Positions 17,530-27,356 of a stretch of 64,000 bases of DNA are shown here, piece by piece; the first letter of the stretch is position 1; the number at the start of each line of letters is the position of its first letter. This stretch comes from Eledone cirrhosa (Eukaryota). The position numbers were made by a program, and so were the translations under genes. Location: contig OZ024751.1 in the NCBI GenBank assembly GCA_964016885.1, positions 33,418,001 through 33,482,000 on the forward strand, read 5' to 3'. Under the pieces are notes generated by a model. The model was given only the letters and a program-made list of their open reading frames with translations. It was not told where the DNA came from and searched no databases.

Positions 17530-18455
17530 GGGTGTTTGTTGGTGCGTGTGTATGTTATTCCTGTGTACTTTTTAGTATGTGGGTTGATGTAATTGCGTGT
17601 GTTAAGACATAATTTCGTTGGTAAGTTTATGGTTGTGTATAAGCATCTCTATATGTTTCTGTATGAGTGTATGTTATTGTGTGTGTATGTAATTGTCAGG
17701 GTGTATCGGCGTGTGTGTATATATATATATATATGTTTCTGTGTGTTTGTTAAAGTAGGTATGTATATGTAAGTAGTTCAGAGTGTGTGGTAGTGTAGAT
17801 GTATGTATGTATGTGTGGGTTTGCGTAGTTAGTTTATATGTACGTGTTCTTGCATATACTTGGTGTGTGTGTTTGTATTTCCAACCTATGTATATTTATG
17901 TATGTGTTTATGTGTACGAATGTGTATCTATGTATATGTTTATGTGTTTGTGTATGTATGTGTATGTATGTGTTTATGTGTATGTCTGTGTAAATATGTG
18001 TGTTTATGTGTATGTATGTGTATGTATGTGTTTATGTGTATGTCTGTGTAAATATGTATGTGTGTTTATGTGTATGTATGTGTATGTATGTGTTTATGTG
18101 TATGTCTGTGTATGTATTCTATTTTATATTTCATGTTTAAGTCATCAGCAATGTCATAGATAAGTTCCGTTGTGGTTATTGTTGATATTGTTATTGTTGT
18201 TATTGTTGTTGTTGTTGTTGTTGCTTCTACTACTGCTGCTATTGATGATGTTGTTATTAGTGTTACTACTACCGCTGTTGTTGTCGCTGTTATTGTTGTT
18301 GCTACTTTTGCTGCTGTTGTTGTTGTTATTATCATTGCTGCTGCTACTACTACTCATGTTGTTGTCTTTATTATTGGTAGTGGTAGTAGTAGTATTGTGC
18401 TTGCTGTTGTTGTTGTTGCTCTGGCGTTGTTGTTGTTGTTGTTGTTGTTGTTGTT
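17530..18455. repeat. (TG/TATG)n followed by (GTT)n degenerate arrays
   Basis: Direct reading. Confidence 0.88.
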
Positions 18456-18595
18456 CTGCCCCGAAATCGTTTACTCTAAGATAAATGAATAAGCTTTTCA
18501 TTTATTTATCATTTACATAATTGATGCAATAAATTATTCGATAACACCTGGAGATAGAGGTTATGGCTGTGATAAGACAAGAAAAGAAGCGGATT

Positions 18596-18663
<68 letters not shown>

Positions 18664-18665
<2 letters not shown>

Positions 18666-18830
18666 AAATTTAGACGGGAACGAAACAGAGAGGCAGACAA
18701 ATAAAGGTTTATTAGTTTCAGTGGGAGGGTGGGGGAACGACGTTTCGGGCATAAGCCCTTCTTCGTGATAAATAGGCTAGGAAGAGAGTTCCCAGGGGGT
18801 AAACAAAAATTCAAAAGCAGAAAAAAATTA
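18664..18830 (-). mobile_element. Penelope-like terminal fragment with degenerate hammerhead
   Basis: Minus strand CACGAAGA-A-GGGC(TTAT)GCCC-GAAAC-GTC followed by GAAACTAATAAA. Confidence 0.65.
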
Positions 18831-18876
18831 CAGTAAATAAATCAATAAATAATGCAAAGAGTAGGAAAAAAAAGGG

Positions 18877-18916
<40 letters not shown>

Positions 18917-18920
<4 letters not shown>

Positions 18921-19142
18921 ATATTAATAAATGGAAACTATATTTATAAAACCATAATTATTTTATTATATATATCTCAATGCGACCAAGCCACCTTGGT
19001 GCGGTTTGATCAGATAAAATACAAAATTTGTTACATAAATAGTGACAGAACCATTGAAAACAACCGGTTGAAAATTCGTCGAGAGTTATAAACTATAGAG
19101 TTATAAACTTTGTTGGAATCCCAACAAATTAAATATAACTTC

Positions 19143-19148
<6 letters not shown>
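18917..19148 (-). mobile_element. Penelope-like terminal repeat, diverged homologue of 54536-54810
   Basis: Shares AAATGGAAACTATATTTATAAAACCATA and CCCAACA..AAATA.AACTTCTACATATA; hammerhead core mutated (CTGATCA, GAGA); (TA)n on both sides. Confidence 0.75.
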
Positions 19149-19178
<30 letters not shown>

Positions 19179-19225
19179 GTGTGTGTGTGTATTATTATAT
19201 ATATATGTGTCTGTGTGTGTATTAT

Positions 19226-19258
<33 letters not shown>

Positions 19259-19341
19259 TATTATATATATATATATAAGTGTGTGTATTATTATATATAT
19301 GTGTGTGTGTGTGTATTATTATATATATAAATGTGTGTGTG

Positions 19342-19372
<31 letters not shown>

Positions 19373-19375
19373 TAT

Positions 19376-19747
19376 AAACAGAAACAACAAAGCAAACAGC
19401 ACAGTACAATGAAGAAATGTATTAGTTTCCGCTTGATATAGTAGGAAAAGAGTCTTAAAGTTTCGGACACTAGTCCTTCATCGGAAGATAGAATAAGATA
19501 TAAGAGATGAAATAGAAATATAGAGAATGTGAAGAGGAAGGAACGGTAAAAATATATTGAGAAGAAACACGTGTACCTTCGTCTCGGAGTTTCCTGAAGC
19601 TTCAATAACACCAGCTTTGCTTCGGGAAACTCCGGAAGGTATATGAGAGTTTGCCATGGGTTTGATACAATAGAGTATACTTACCTCAATATTTACATAT
19701 TGGGGCTTTTTTTTTTTGCCTCCGTGATTACAACCACATTGAGGTAA

Positions 19748-19748
<1 letters not shown>
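19376..19748 (-). mobile_element. Penelope-like 3' fragment with hammerhead-like motif
   Basis: Minus strand TCTT-CCGATGA-A-GGAC(TAGT)GTCC-GAAAC-TTT-AAGA at 19488-19453, then AAGCGGAAACTAATA; flanked by (TA)n. Confidence 0.65.
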
Positions 19749-19796
<48 letters not shown>

Positions 19797-19835
19797 AGTG
19801 ATAGGAGAATTCTTTTATTATGGTTCTTCTTGAGA

Positions 19836-20239
19836 CCCATATATATTGACATGGCGGAATGAAGGTCCTGGATGAGGCCCATATATATTGACATGGCGGA
19901 ATGAAGGTCCTGGATGAGGCCCATATATATTGACATGGCGGAATGAAGGTCCTGGATGAGGTCCATATATATTGACATGGCGGAATGAAGGTCCTGGATG
20001 AGGCCCATATATATTGACATGGCGGAATGAAGGTCCTGGATGAGGCCCATATATATTGACATGGCGGAATGAAGGTCCTGGATGAGGCCCATATATATTG
20101 ACATGGCGGAATGAAGGTCCTGGATGAGGTCCATATATATTGACATGGCGGAATGAAGGTCCTGGATGAGGCCCATATATATTGACATGGCGGAATGAAG
20201 GTCCTGGATGAGGCCCATATATATTGATATGGCGGAATG
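19836..20239. repeat. 42-bp tandem repeat, ~9.5 near-identical copies
   Basis: Unit CCCATATATATTGACATGGCGGAATGAAGGTCCTGGATGAGG; a C>T variant occurs in two units four apart. Confidence 0.97.
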
Positions 20240-20491
20240 TTGGGTTAACTTTGTATGGTGTGTTTTTACATAAACATGGTAGGGGTAGGTAAAGATAGAA
20301 CCTAAACATAGTGTGGTTACTTGTTTTTGTTGTGTACGTGGGATGTTTTTTGTTTTGTTTTGTTTGTTAGGGTTTTGTGGTGTGGGGGGGGGGGGGGAGC
20401 TTGAGTTGAAGTTGAAATATTTTCAAAAACTTGTTTCACTTTAGTATAAAGTTATGAATGTCAGGAGTGTGTGAAACGTCTCTAAACCAGG

Positions 20492-20520
20492 TATATATAT
20501 ATATACATCCATACATACAT

Positions 20521-20585
<65 letters not shown>

Positions 20586-20596
20586 CATACATACAT

Positions 20597-20639
<43 letters not shown>

Positions 20640-20650
20640 CATACATACAT

Positions 20651-20687
<37 letters not shown>

Positions 20688-20698
20688 CATACATACAC

Positions 20699-20731
<33 letters not shown>

Positions 20732-20747
20732 ATATACATACATCCAT

Positions 20748-20796
<49 letters not shown>

Positions 20797-20813
20797 CATA
20801 CATACATACACAT

Positions 20814-20878
<65 letters not shown>
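20492..20878. repeat. Complex (AT)n microsatellite with CATCCATACA units
   Basis: Same variant pattern as 26463-26700. Confidence 0.9.
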
Positions 20879-20881
<3 letters not shown>

Positions 20882-21475
20882 TGGCTGCCAACTCGTTTTC
20901 GAGTACGGCCACTACTTTACATCCATGTAGGATAACCCCTACCGAAGCGCTGAACGAGTGTGACTTTTTAGTCCAGCCAGCGACTTGAAACCTCTGGTAC
21001 AAACACTACACCTGTGACAACCATTGACACATAGTGCTAGGCCCATGGTAGGACAATCATTGACACATAGTGCTGGGCCCATGTGAGGACAAGTGCAGAG
21101 AGATCTCCAGATATAAAGCAATGCCTGTGCCGTGAAGCTTTTATAGTGAGCAAAGGCACTGCACAAAGCCAGTCCCACTCTCTTAACCAAGATGCTATTT
21201 ACCAAAAAGAAGAACAAGTCAACATCATTGGATACCATCAGGGTTGCAGGTGTTATATCAGAGTTTTCCTTCTCCTAGAATTCTGCCTTGACTAAGGCTA
21301 AAGGGGTCATCTCTCCCGGTGATTTTGGATGGCCATTGACTCTTAAGAGCTCCTTTGCTCTTTGACAGGTTTTGTTTTTAGTCCTGCAGGATGTCCAAAG
21401 TCACCCTCCTCACCAAGAAACCTTGGTGGGGTTGCCAGTTTAGTCGCCAACGACCCGACCATGAGACAGGTTGTA
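20878..21475 (-). mobile_element. Non-autonomous RTE-derived short internally deleted element, copy 1 (lacks ~40 bp at 5' end)
   Basis: Near-identical inverted copy at 27397-27960; 21117-21320 aligns with LINE leader 25446-25670; 20955-21015 encodes [20 protein letters not shown] (matches LINE finger 3); terminal ACTCG-AAAA-CGAGT hairpin and (TA)n tail; internal 36-bp duplication at ~21016-21093. Confidence 0.9.
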
Positions 21476-21586
21476 TATATATATATACATGATGGCTGCC
21501 CCCTCGTTATCGAGTATGGCCATTGCACAATAAAAAAAAAAAAAAAAAAAAAATAAAAAAAAATAAAAAAAAAAAAAAATAAAAAA

Positions 21587-21632
<46 letters not shown>

Positions 21633-21711
21633 GCAATAATAATAATAACGACAACAACAATAATAATATACATATTCATATACATATACACACACACGCA
21701 CGCACATAAGC

Positions 21712-21749
<38 letters not shown>

Positions 21750-21757
21750 GATAGCAA

Positions 21758-24700
21758 CTAACAGTGCTGCGATCGAATGTGGCTTTTTAGCCCAGCCAAT
21801 GATCCAAAATGTCTTGCACAGAGTCGGCAACCAAAACATTTACTGGGAATAGTCGGCTGTGGTTGGAGTTCGTGTACTTTTGCATGTCGCTTGAGTCCTC
21901 CTGCTGATTTACATTCTCTACCACATGTTTGGCAAGCATGATGAGTAGCATCTCCAACAGCAGCCTGGTAGTCAACCACTGGTCTTACTTTATGACTGCG
22001 AAGATGACTTTCGAGTCCAGCTTTGCTTAGGCAGAGTCTCGCACAGACGCTGCATGTCAGAAACATAGGAGGACCCTCGCCGTCTGGAAGTGCAACAGCA
22101 ATACCCTTCCTCACGTCCCGCTTTACTTTCTCGTGTGCGATTCGAGATGCCTCAAAGGCAACTTTTCCCTCATATACAGTCTTTCTCCATTTATTACGAT
22201 CAGCAGCAATATTTTCCCATGTATCAGCAGAGATGTTAGCGTCTTTCAGAGAGGCCTTCAAGGAATCCTTATACCTCTTTTTTGGTTTATGTGGCGGTCG
22301 TTTTCCTTTAACCAACTCTCCATAGAAGAGTTGTTTTGGTATTCTAGAATCCTTCATCCTGGCAAGGTGACCGCTCCAACGGAGTCGCTGCTTAAGCACA
22401 AGAGCTTCTATACTGTCACACATAGAGCTTTCCAAAATCTCGACATCACTGATGTGGTCACTCCAGCGAACGCCATGTATCCGTCTGAGACACATCTGAT
22501 GGAAACGCTCCAATTGCTCAAGGTGGCGTCGATATGTGACCCAGGTCTCGCAGGCATAAAGAAGACAAGAGAGTACACATGCCCTGTACACCCTTACCTT
22601 TGTCCTCCTGCATATGTCTCGCCGACCCCAGAGTCGCCTTTCTAGCTTTCCGAAAGCATCACTTGCTTTCCTAATCCTAAGTGAGATTTCACTGTCAAGG
22701 TTGCCGTATCGATTGACAGTGCTTCCCAGGTAGACAAACTGATCAACCACTCCAAGTCGCTTGCCATACACATAGATGTTTGGTTCAGTGTACTGCCTAC
22801 CAGGTGCAGGTTGGTACATGACGACGGTTTTCTTGAGACTGACAGTCAAACCCAGGGCAGTGCAAGCGTCAGAAAATACATTCAAAATGTGCTGCATATC
22901 ACTCTCTGTGTGCGCTACAAGATCGCAATCATCTGCATACAAGAGGTCTCTTATGACTGATGTAAATACTTTTGTCTTCGCAGCAAAGCGCCTGATGTTA
23001 AATATGCTGCCTGAGGTTCGATATCGGATGTAAACACCATGCTCGCAATTCCTGAATGCAACACAGAAAACCATTGCAAAGTATATGGCAAACAGGGTCG
23101 GTGCTGGAATATCCCCCTGTTTCACTCCATTTTTTACTGAGATAGGCTCCGACATGTTACCTCCGACATTAACCCAAGCCTTCATGTCGTCATGGAAAGA
23201 CCTAACTAAAGCAAGGAACTTATCAGGGCAACCAAGTTTCTGGAGAACCTTCCATAATGCATCTCTGTTGACAGTATCGAAAGCCTTTGTCAGATCGACA
23301 AAAACCTGATACAGATCCAAGCCCTGTTCAATGCACTTCTCCTGGAGCTGTCTAGCTGAGAAGATCATATCAGTAGTGCCGCGTCCAACACGAAAACCAG
23401 ATTGACTTTCAGGAAGGACACAATCTGCAATGTGTGTCAGCAGACGGTCCAGAAGCACCCTACATAAAACTTTCCCCACGACAGAAAGCAATGATATACC
23501 TCTGTAGTTCCCACAATCATTCCTGTTACCCTTTCCCTTGTACAAGACCACCATTACTGCATCTCTCCAGTCCTCAGGCACGGATTCATTAGCCCATATC
23601 CTTCCAAACAGAGAGTGAAGATGTTGCAGGAGTCTCTCACCACCATATTGTAGGAGCTCAGCATGTATGCCATCCATACCTGGAGATCTTCCACTGTTCA
23701 GCTTCGAAATAGCCACTGCAACCTCCACAAGTGTCGGAGGCTCTGCGAGAGCTACTTTCACAGGACTTTCCGGAATGAGATTGAGGAAATCTTCACTGAC
23801 GACAGACGGCTGATTCAAAAGATCATCAAAGTGCTCCCGCCACCTTCGTAGAATTCCCTGTGAGTCACGAAGAAGTTCTTTGCCATCCCTGCTGCGAATC
23901 GGTGTCACCAGAGAAGAAGACGGTCCATAAACCTCACGCAAGAGACTGTACAACAGCTTTGTGTTATTGCAATCAGACGCAGTTTGTATCTCACCAGCCT
24001 TCTCACTCCACCACTGATCCTTCATCTGAGAAAGACTCCGCCTAACACGTGATTTTACATCCCTGAGCTCCTCATGCAACGTATTCCTCTCCTGTGGTCT
24101 TGCCGTCAAGTAGCGTGACAGAGCGCGCCTCTTATCAGCCAACAAGTCATCTATATGCACATCTTTCTCATTAAACCAGTCCTGATGTTTTCTCTGCACC
24201 AATCCCAGAACACGTCTGCCTACATCATAAACCGACTTTTTAAGGGTCGGCCAATCCTCACCAAGATCTGCAGCCTGCATCTCTTCTTCCAATGTCCTCT
24301 TCACATTTTTATCCTTAAGACGAGCAGCATTCAATCTTTTGGGCAGGGTAACACCAGGAGCCCGGATTTTACGTTTGGTGATTAGATTCACTTTTGCGCG
24401 TACCAGGCGGTGGTCCGTCCAGCACTCAGCTCCACGAAGAACACGAACACACCGCACATCCTGTCTGTCACGCATCCTGACTAGGACGTAGTCCAAAAGA
24501 TGCCATTCCCTAGATGCAGGATGCATCCATGTGGTCTTGAATTTGTTCTTTTGTTGGAACATGGTGTTGGTAACACACAGATCCAGCTCCTCACACATCT
24601 GCAGCAAGAGCATACCATTGCTGTTACACTTTCCCACCCCATGCCTTCCGATTACATTCCATGTGTTAAAATCCCTACCCACTCTAGCATTAAAGTCACC

Positions 24701-25303
24701 AAGCACGATGACTTTGTCTGCCTGAGGGATATTTCTTAAAACACCTTTCAAGGCATGGTAAAAGGACAGTTTTTCTTCATCGACAGAATTCATAGTTGGA
24801 GCATACACACTCACCAGGGTAGCATATCTTCCCTTGTCCAGCGGAACTCTCATGGACATAAGACGCTCACTAATCCCCACTGGGAATTCTTCCAATTTAT
24901 TCACCAGTACAGTCTTAACAGCAAATCCTACCCCAGCCTCTCTTCTGGTTCCTTCATCTCTTCCTTTCCAGAAGAATGTATATTCTCCACAAAATTCCGT
25001 AAGATGACCATCTCCAGCTAACCTCGTCTCAGACAAAGCCACGATGTCAAGATCGTAACGTCGAAGCTCCTTCGCAACAAGAGCGGTCCTTCGTTCAGGA
25101 CGCTCCAAAGAATCCCTGTCAAGCAGCGTCCGTACGTTCCAGCAGCCAAGACTAAATGCCCTGTTTGGCTCTATTACAATGGCACGATGACGGGCGGGCC
25201 CAGGTTGTGATAACTTGGGGCCCCTGCCCTTATTGCCAATGATCTCTTTTGTTCCAGAACCCAAATTGGCAATTATCTCGTTTACATTGTTCTGGAACAT
25301 CAT
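21758..25303 (-). CDS. RTE-clade LINE polyprotein (1181 aa): AP endonuclease + reverse transcriptase + three C2H2 zinc fingers
   Basis: EN motifs WNVRTL, LSETR, SVYAPT, GDFNAR, LDYVL, TDHRLV; RT motifs QSGFR, FVDLTKAFD, GVKQGD, YADD (22928-22939), KKT, YLGS; RTE-type LRWSGHLARM..RIPKQLFYG; fingers CSVC-x12-HLRSH, CQTC-x12-HAKVH, CRLC-x12-HIRSQH; no internal stop. Confidence 0.97.
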   Translation of the reverse strand: MMFQNNVNEIIANLGSGTKEIIGNKGRGPKLSQPGPARHRAIVIEPNRAFSLGCWNVRTLLDRDSLERPERRTALVAKELRRYDLDIVALSETRLAGDGHLTEFCGEYTFFWKGRDEGTRREAGVGFAVKTVLVNKLEEFPVGISERLMSMRVPLDKGRYATLVSVYAPTMNSVDEEKLSFYHALKGVLRNIPQADKVIVLGDFNARVGRDFNTWNVIGRHGVGKCNSNGMLLLQMCEELDLCVTNTMFQQKNKFKTTWMHPASREWHLLDYVLVRMRDRQDVRCVRVLRGAECWTDHRLVRAKVNLITKRKIRAPGVTLPKRLNAARLKDKNVKRTLEEEMQAADLGEDWPTLKKSVYDVGRRVLGLVQRKHQDWFNEKDVHIDDLLADKRRALSRYLTARPQERNTLHEELRDVKSRVRRSLSQMKDQWWSEKAGEIQTASDCNNTKLLYSLLREVYGPSSSLVTPIRSRDGKELLRDSQGILRRWREHFDDLLNQPSVVSEDFLNLIPESPVKVALAEPPTLVEVAVAISKLNSGRSPGMDGIHAELLQYGGERLLQHLHSLFGRIWANESVPEDWRDAVMVVLYKGKGNRNDCGNYRGISLLSVVGKVLCRVLLDRLLTHIADCVLPESQSGFRVGRGTTDMIFSARQLQEKCIEQGLDLYQVFVDLTKAFDTVNRDALWKVLQKLGCPDKFLALVRSFHDDMKAWVNVGGNMSEPISVKNGVKQGDIPAPTLFAIYFAMVFCVAFRNCEHGVYIRYRTSGSIFNIRRFAAKTKVFTSVIRDLLYADDCDLVAHTESDMQHILNVFSDACTALGLTVSLKKTVVMYQPAPGRQYTEPNIYVYGKRLGVVDQFVYLGSTVNRYGNLDSEISLRIRKASDAFGKLERRLWGRRDICRRTKVRVYRACVLSCLLYACETWVTYRRHLEQLERFHQMCLRRIHGVRWSDHISDVEILESSMCDSIEALVLKQRLRWSGHLARMKDSRIPKQLFYGELVKGKRPPHKPKKRYKDSLKASLKDANISADTWENIAADRNKWRKTVYEGKVAFEASRIAHEKVKRDVRKGIAVALPDGEGPPMFLTCSVCARLCLSKAGLESHLRSHKVRPVVDYQAAVGDATHHACQTCGRECKSAGGLKRHAKVHELQPQPTIPSKCFGCRLCARHFGSLAGLKSHIRSQHC

Positions 25304-25342
25304 TGAATTGAAAAAAAAAAAAAAAAAAAAAAAAAAAGGGAG

Positions 25343-25377
<35 letters not shown>

Positions 25378-25382
25378 TAATA

Positions 25383-25417
<35 letters not shown>

Positions 25418-25423
25418 ACACTA

Positions 25424-25561
25424 TTAATAATTATTAATGCACTCGTGCAATGCCTGTGCGTGACGAATATTTTTAAAGTGAGGAAAGACTGTGCACTGAA
25501 CCAATCCCACTCTCTGAGCGACAGTAGCTATAACCCGAAAAGAAGAAAAGATCAACATCAT
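25424..25561 (-). CDS. Short upstream ORF of the LINE (45 aa, MMLIFSSFRVIATVAQRVGLVQCTVFPHFKNIRHAQALHECINNY)
   Basis: Hand translation, ATG at 25561 to TAA at 25424; the homologous segment in the short elements reads MMLTCSSF..RVGLALCSAFAHYKSFTAQAL (with a stop and a 1-nt frameshift). Confidence 0.55.
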   Translation of the reverse strand: MMLIFSSFRVIATVAQRVGLVQCTVFPHFKNIRHAQALHECINNY

Positions 25562-25718
25562 CGGTAACTACTGAGCCGCAGGTTTTATATCGGAGTTAAC
25601 CCAGTTTCCTGAGATGCCTTCTCCTAGAAGAATACCCTGACATGGGCTAGGGGTTCTTCACTCCCAGTGGTTTAACTGCGCGATCGGGCATCCAGCCCGA
25701 TTATTTCTATGTCCCCGC

Positions 25719-25757
<39 letters not shown>

Positions 25758-26462
25758 ACTTATTGACACTTATACGTACGACATACACACACACGCATAC
25801 ATATGCGTGCACACAGCAACACTCACACACACAACAAACACACACACACGCTACTCTACTCACTTACACGCACACACACACATATATATATATATATTAC
25901 CGTCATTACTGATACAAGATTACCAGATTATGTCAACTGTTGACTTTCAAGAGTTTGTATAGTTGAAGCCGATCGTATTACAGTCCAGTATTACTATAAT
26001 TGCTTTACAGCATAGAGTTATGGCTCTCCACGGAGTCAACAAAAGAGAGTACCAGTGATGCGCTGGCCAGTCGCTGGATCCGTGCCAAAAGCAGAAAAAT
26101 TATTATTAAAGTTGTTCTTAAGGCCAGGTCGCTGGTGATGGTGATGGCGACGGCGGTGGCGGTGGTGGTGGTGGTGGCAGTTGATGTTGTTGTTCTGTTG
26201 TGTGTGTGTGTGTGTGTGTGTGTGTTTTGTTATTTTGAGTTTTTTTTTTTTTTTTTTCCTTTCTTTTTTTTTCTCCTTTTTTTTTTTTTTTTTTTTTTTC
26301 CCCTTCCCTTTTCTTTTTTCTTTTCCCTTCCTTTTTTTTATGTTTTGATGCCGCTGTTGTTGTTGTTGTAATTGTTGTAAATGTTCATTTCAGTTCATTC
26401 TGAAGCTGTTGTTGCTGTAAACATTAGGGCCGGTGTTGTTGTTGTTGTTGTTGTAGATGTAG

Positions 26463-26524
26463 ATATATATACATACATACATACATACATACATACACAT
26501 ATATATATATATACATCCATACAT

Positions 26525-26577
<53 letters not shown>

Positions 26578-26588
26578 CATACATACAC

Positions 26589-26634
<46 letters not shown>

Positions 26635-26698
26635 TACATCCATACATACATACACATATATATATATACATATACACATATATATATATACATACACA

Positions 26699-26742
<44 letters not shown>

Positions 26743-26744
26743 TG

Positions 26745-26825
<81 letters not shown>

Positions 26826-26866
26826 GTATATATATATATATGTATGTATATATATATATATGTATG

Positions 26867-26899
<33 letters not shown>

Positions 26900-27252
26900 A
26901 TATATATATATATATATGTATGTATATATATATATATGTATATATATATATGTATATATATATGTATATATATATATATGTATATATATATGTATATATA
27001 TATGTATATATATATGTATATATATGTATATATATATGTATATATATGTATATATATATGTATATATATATGTATATATATATGTATATATATATGTATA
27101 TATATGTATATATATATGTATATATATGTATATATATATGTATATATATATGTATATATATATGTATATATATATGTATATATATATGTATATATATATA
27201 TGTATATATATATGTATATATATATATGTATATATATATGTATATATATATG

Positions 27253-27283
<31 letters not shown>

Positions 27284-27305
27284 GTATATATATATGTATA
27301 TATAT

Positions 27306-27353
<48 letters not shown>

Positions 27354-27356
27354 ATG
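26463..27356. repeat. Complex (AT)n array: CATCC/CATA block, then TATG block
   Basis: Direct reading; interruption polarity switches near 26720. Confidence 0.93.

Larger units (their letters stand above)
21474..25944 (-). mobile_element. Apparently full-length RTE-clade LINE (non-LTR retrotransposon)
   Basis: Single EN-RT ORF; 3' terminus TGGCCATACTCG-ATAA-CGAGGGGGCAGCCATCATG(TA)n at 21522-21474; 5' limit set by similarity of 25907-25944 to the start of the short element (27361-27398). The element may extend further 5'. Confidence 0.88.

Noticed and set aside
20939-21238. 99-aa ORF with an incomplete zinc finger as an independent gene
   Set aside because: A chimera of leader and 3'-end sequence; the frame is not kept in copy 2, and the second His is missing.
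22023-25021. Several plus-strand ORFs within the LINE
   Set aside because: Antisense shadows of the RT ORF with no recognisable motifs.
25575-25944. HDV-like ribozyme in the RTE leader
   Set aside because: Could not find the P3/L3 UCCNCGY motif or a nested double pseudoknot by eye.
25949-25960. AGAGTTTGTATA as a short TSD matching ACAGGTTGTATA at 21466-21477
   Set aside because: Imperfect AT-rich match, and the missing 5' part of mini copy 1 does not follow it.
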